NCBI GenBank assembly: GCA_031260605.1
Contig: JAISLF010000064.1
Location: forward strand, 1-61,599
Source of the DNA: Oscillospiraceae bacterium
GTDB lineage: Bacteria; Bacillota; Clostridia; Oscillospirales; Oscillospiraceae
DNA: 61,599 nt
Direction of reading: 5' to 3'
Each line of letters begins with the position of its first letter. Position 1 is the first letter of the stretch. The notes below the pieces were generated by a model that saw nothing but the letters and a program-made list of their open reading frames with translations, did no database searches and was not told the origin of the DNA. The position numbers were made by a program, and so were the translations under genes. Positions 61,279-61,599 of the stretch are shown here, piece by piece.

Positions 61279-61599
61279 GTAGATTAGACCTCCTTGAAAA
61301 TTCACACCAATAGCGGTATGTAGGAAGTCGGACAGGGAGGGATTTTACGATTGCGGGCGTGTAAAATACGCCATTTTCACAGAATCCACCCTTGTGTCCG
61401 GCTTCGTATTTTCAAAGCATGAAATTTGTCCTCGACACCCCTCATACTTATGGGAAGTCATCAAACGGCGGCTTGCGAAACCGCGCCACGGGAGTTTCAC
61501 CCCAACTGTGGTTCTCACAGAGCCGCCCTCATTGCCTGCGACGGTTTTTTCGCGCTCGGACTGTGACTGGACGGGAGTATCGTTAGCCCCATTGCCTGT

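Larger units (their letters stand above)
59040..61599. mobile_element. End of a second integrative element (int-xis-mazF), continuing beyond the window
   Basis: A tyrosine integrase and excisionase lie next to the tRNA-Ser half-site. There is an AT-rich terminal region with the tandem repeat ttataagcc (59125-59133, 59135-59143). The other end is not in the window. Confidence 0.55.

Noticed and set aside
61300-61599. Non-coding stretch upstream of mazF considered as the 3' part of a group II intron (ccagtcacagt resembles a segment I recall from Ll.LtrB) or as an RNA antitoxin. The plus-strand ORF 61392-61586 was also considered.
   Set aside because: I could not identify a domain V/VI structure or tandem repeats. 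The plus-strand ORF has no SD or motif and has an Arg-rich antisense-like composition. It is left unassigned.

Overview
This is a GC-rich chromosomal segment that looks like Firmicutes/Clostridia; the taxon is an inference from gene content and the SPKTG sorting signal. From left to right it contains:

1. A long type I-C CRISPR array (1-2810) that runs off the left edge, with a complete minus-strand cas3-cas5c-cas8c-cas7c-cas4-cas1-cas2 operon (3072-10609).
2. A flavodoxin-like gene, then a ~2400-aa SPKTG-sorted adhesin. Its consensus promoter is preceded by two 14-nt direct repeats phased 21 bp apart. An orphan LytTR regulator and two small membrane proteins follow.
3. A SLOG-like gene and two paralogous RHH genes.
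4. A metabolic block: a UroD-like gene, an OYE-type flavoenzyme, a CUT2-type sugar ABC transporter, a GH3 beta-glucosidase and a GPH symporter.
5. A Zn/Mn-type ABC operon headed by a small HDHDHD/CxxC membrane protein.
6. An OmpR/HK pair with an ABC/FtsX module.
7. A visibly AT-rich radical SAM/SPASM remnant.
8. A 12.5-kb island (46460-58983) with integrase, switch, primase, portal, protease-capsid, connector and terminase genes but no tail or lysis genes. It resembles a capsid-forming PICI phage satellite, is bounded by a 9-bp repeat equal to the 3' end of a tRNA-Ser, and carries an AT-rich CPBP/Abi plus membrane-protein cargo.
9. A displaced 3' half of tRNA-Ser and the int-xis-mazF end of a second integrative element that runs off the right edge.

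The least explained signal is a pair of diverged, same-orientation copies (24741-25700 and 38690-39962) of a ~1-kb element. It has no ORF, is dense with hairpins, has long terminal inverted repeats, and shows compensatory substitutions and plus-strand-only G-U wobbles. I could not assign it to a known RNA or mobile-element family.

All calls come from reading the sequence and ORF track. No database search was run.
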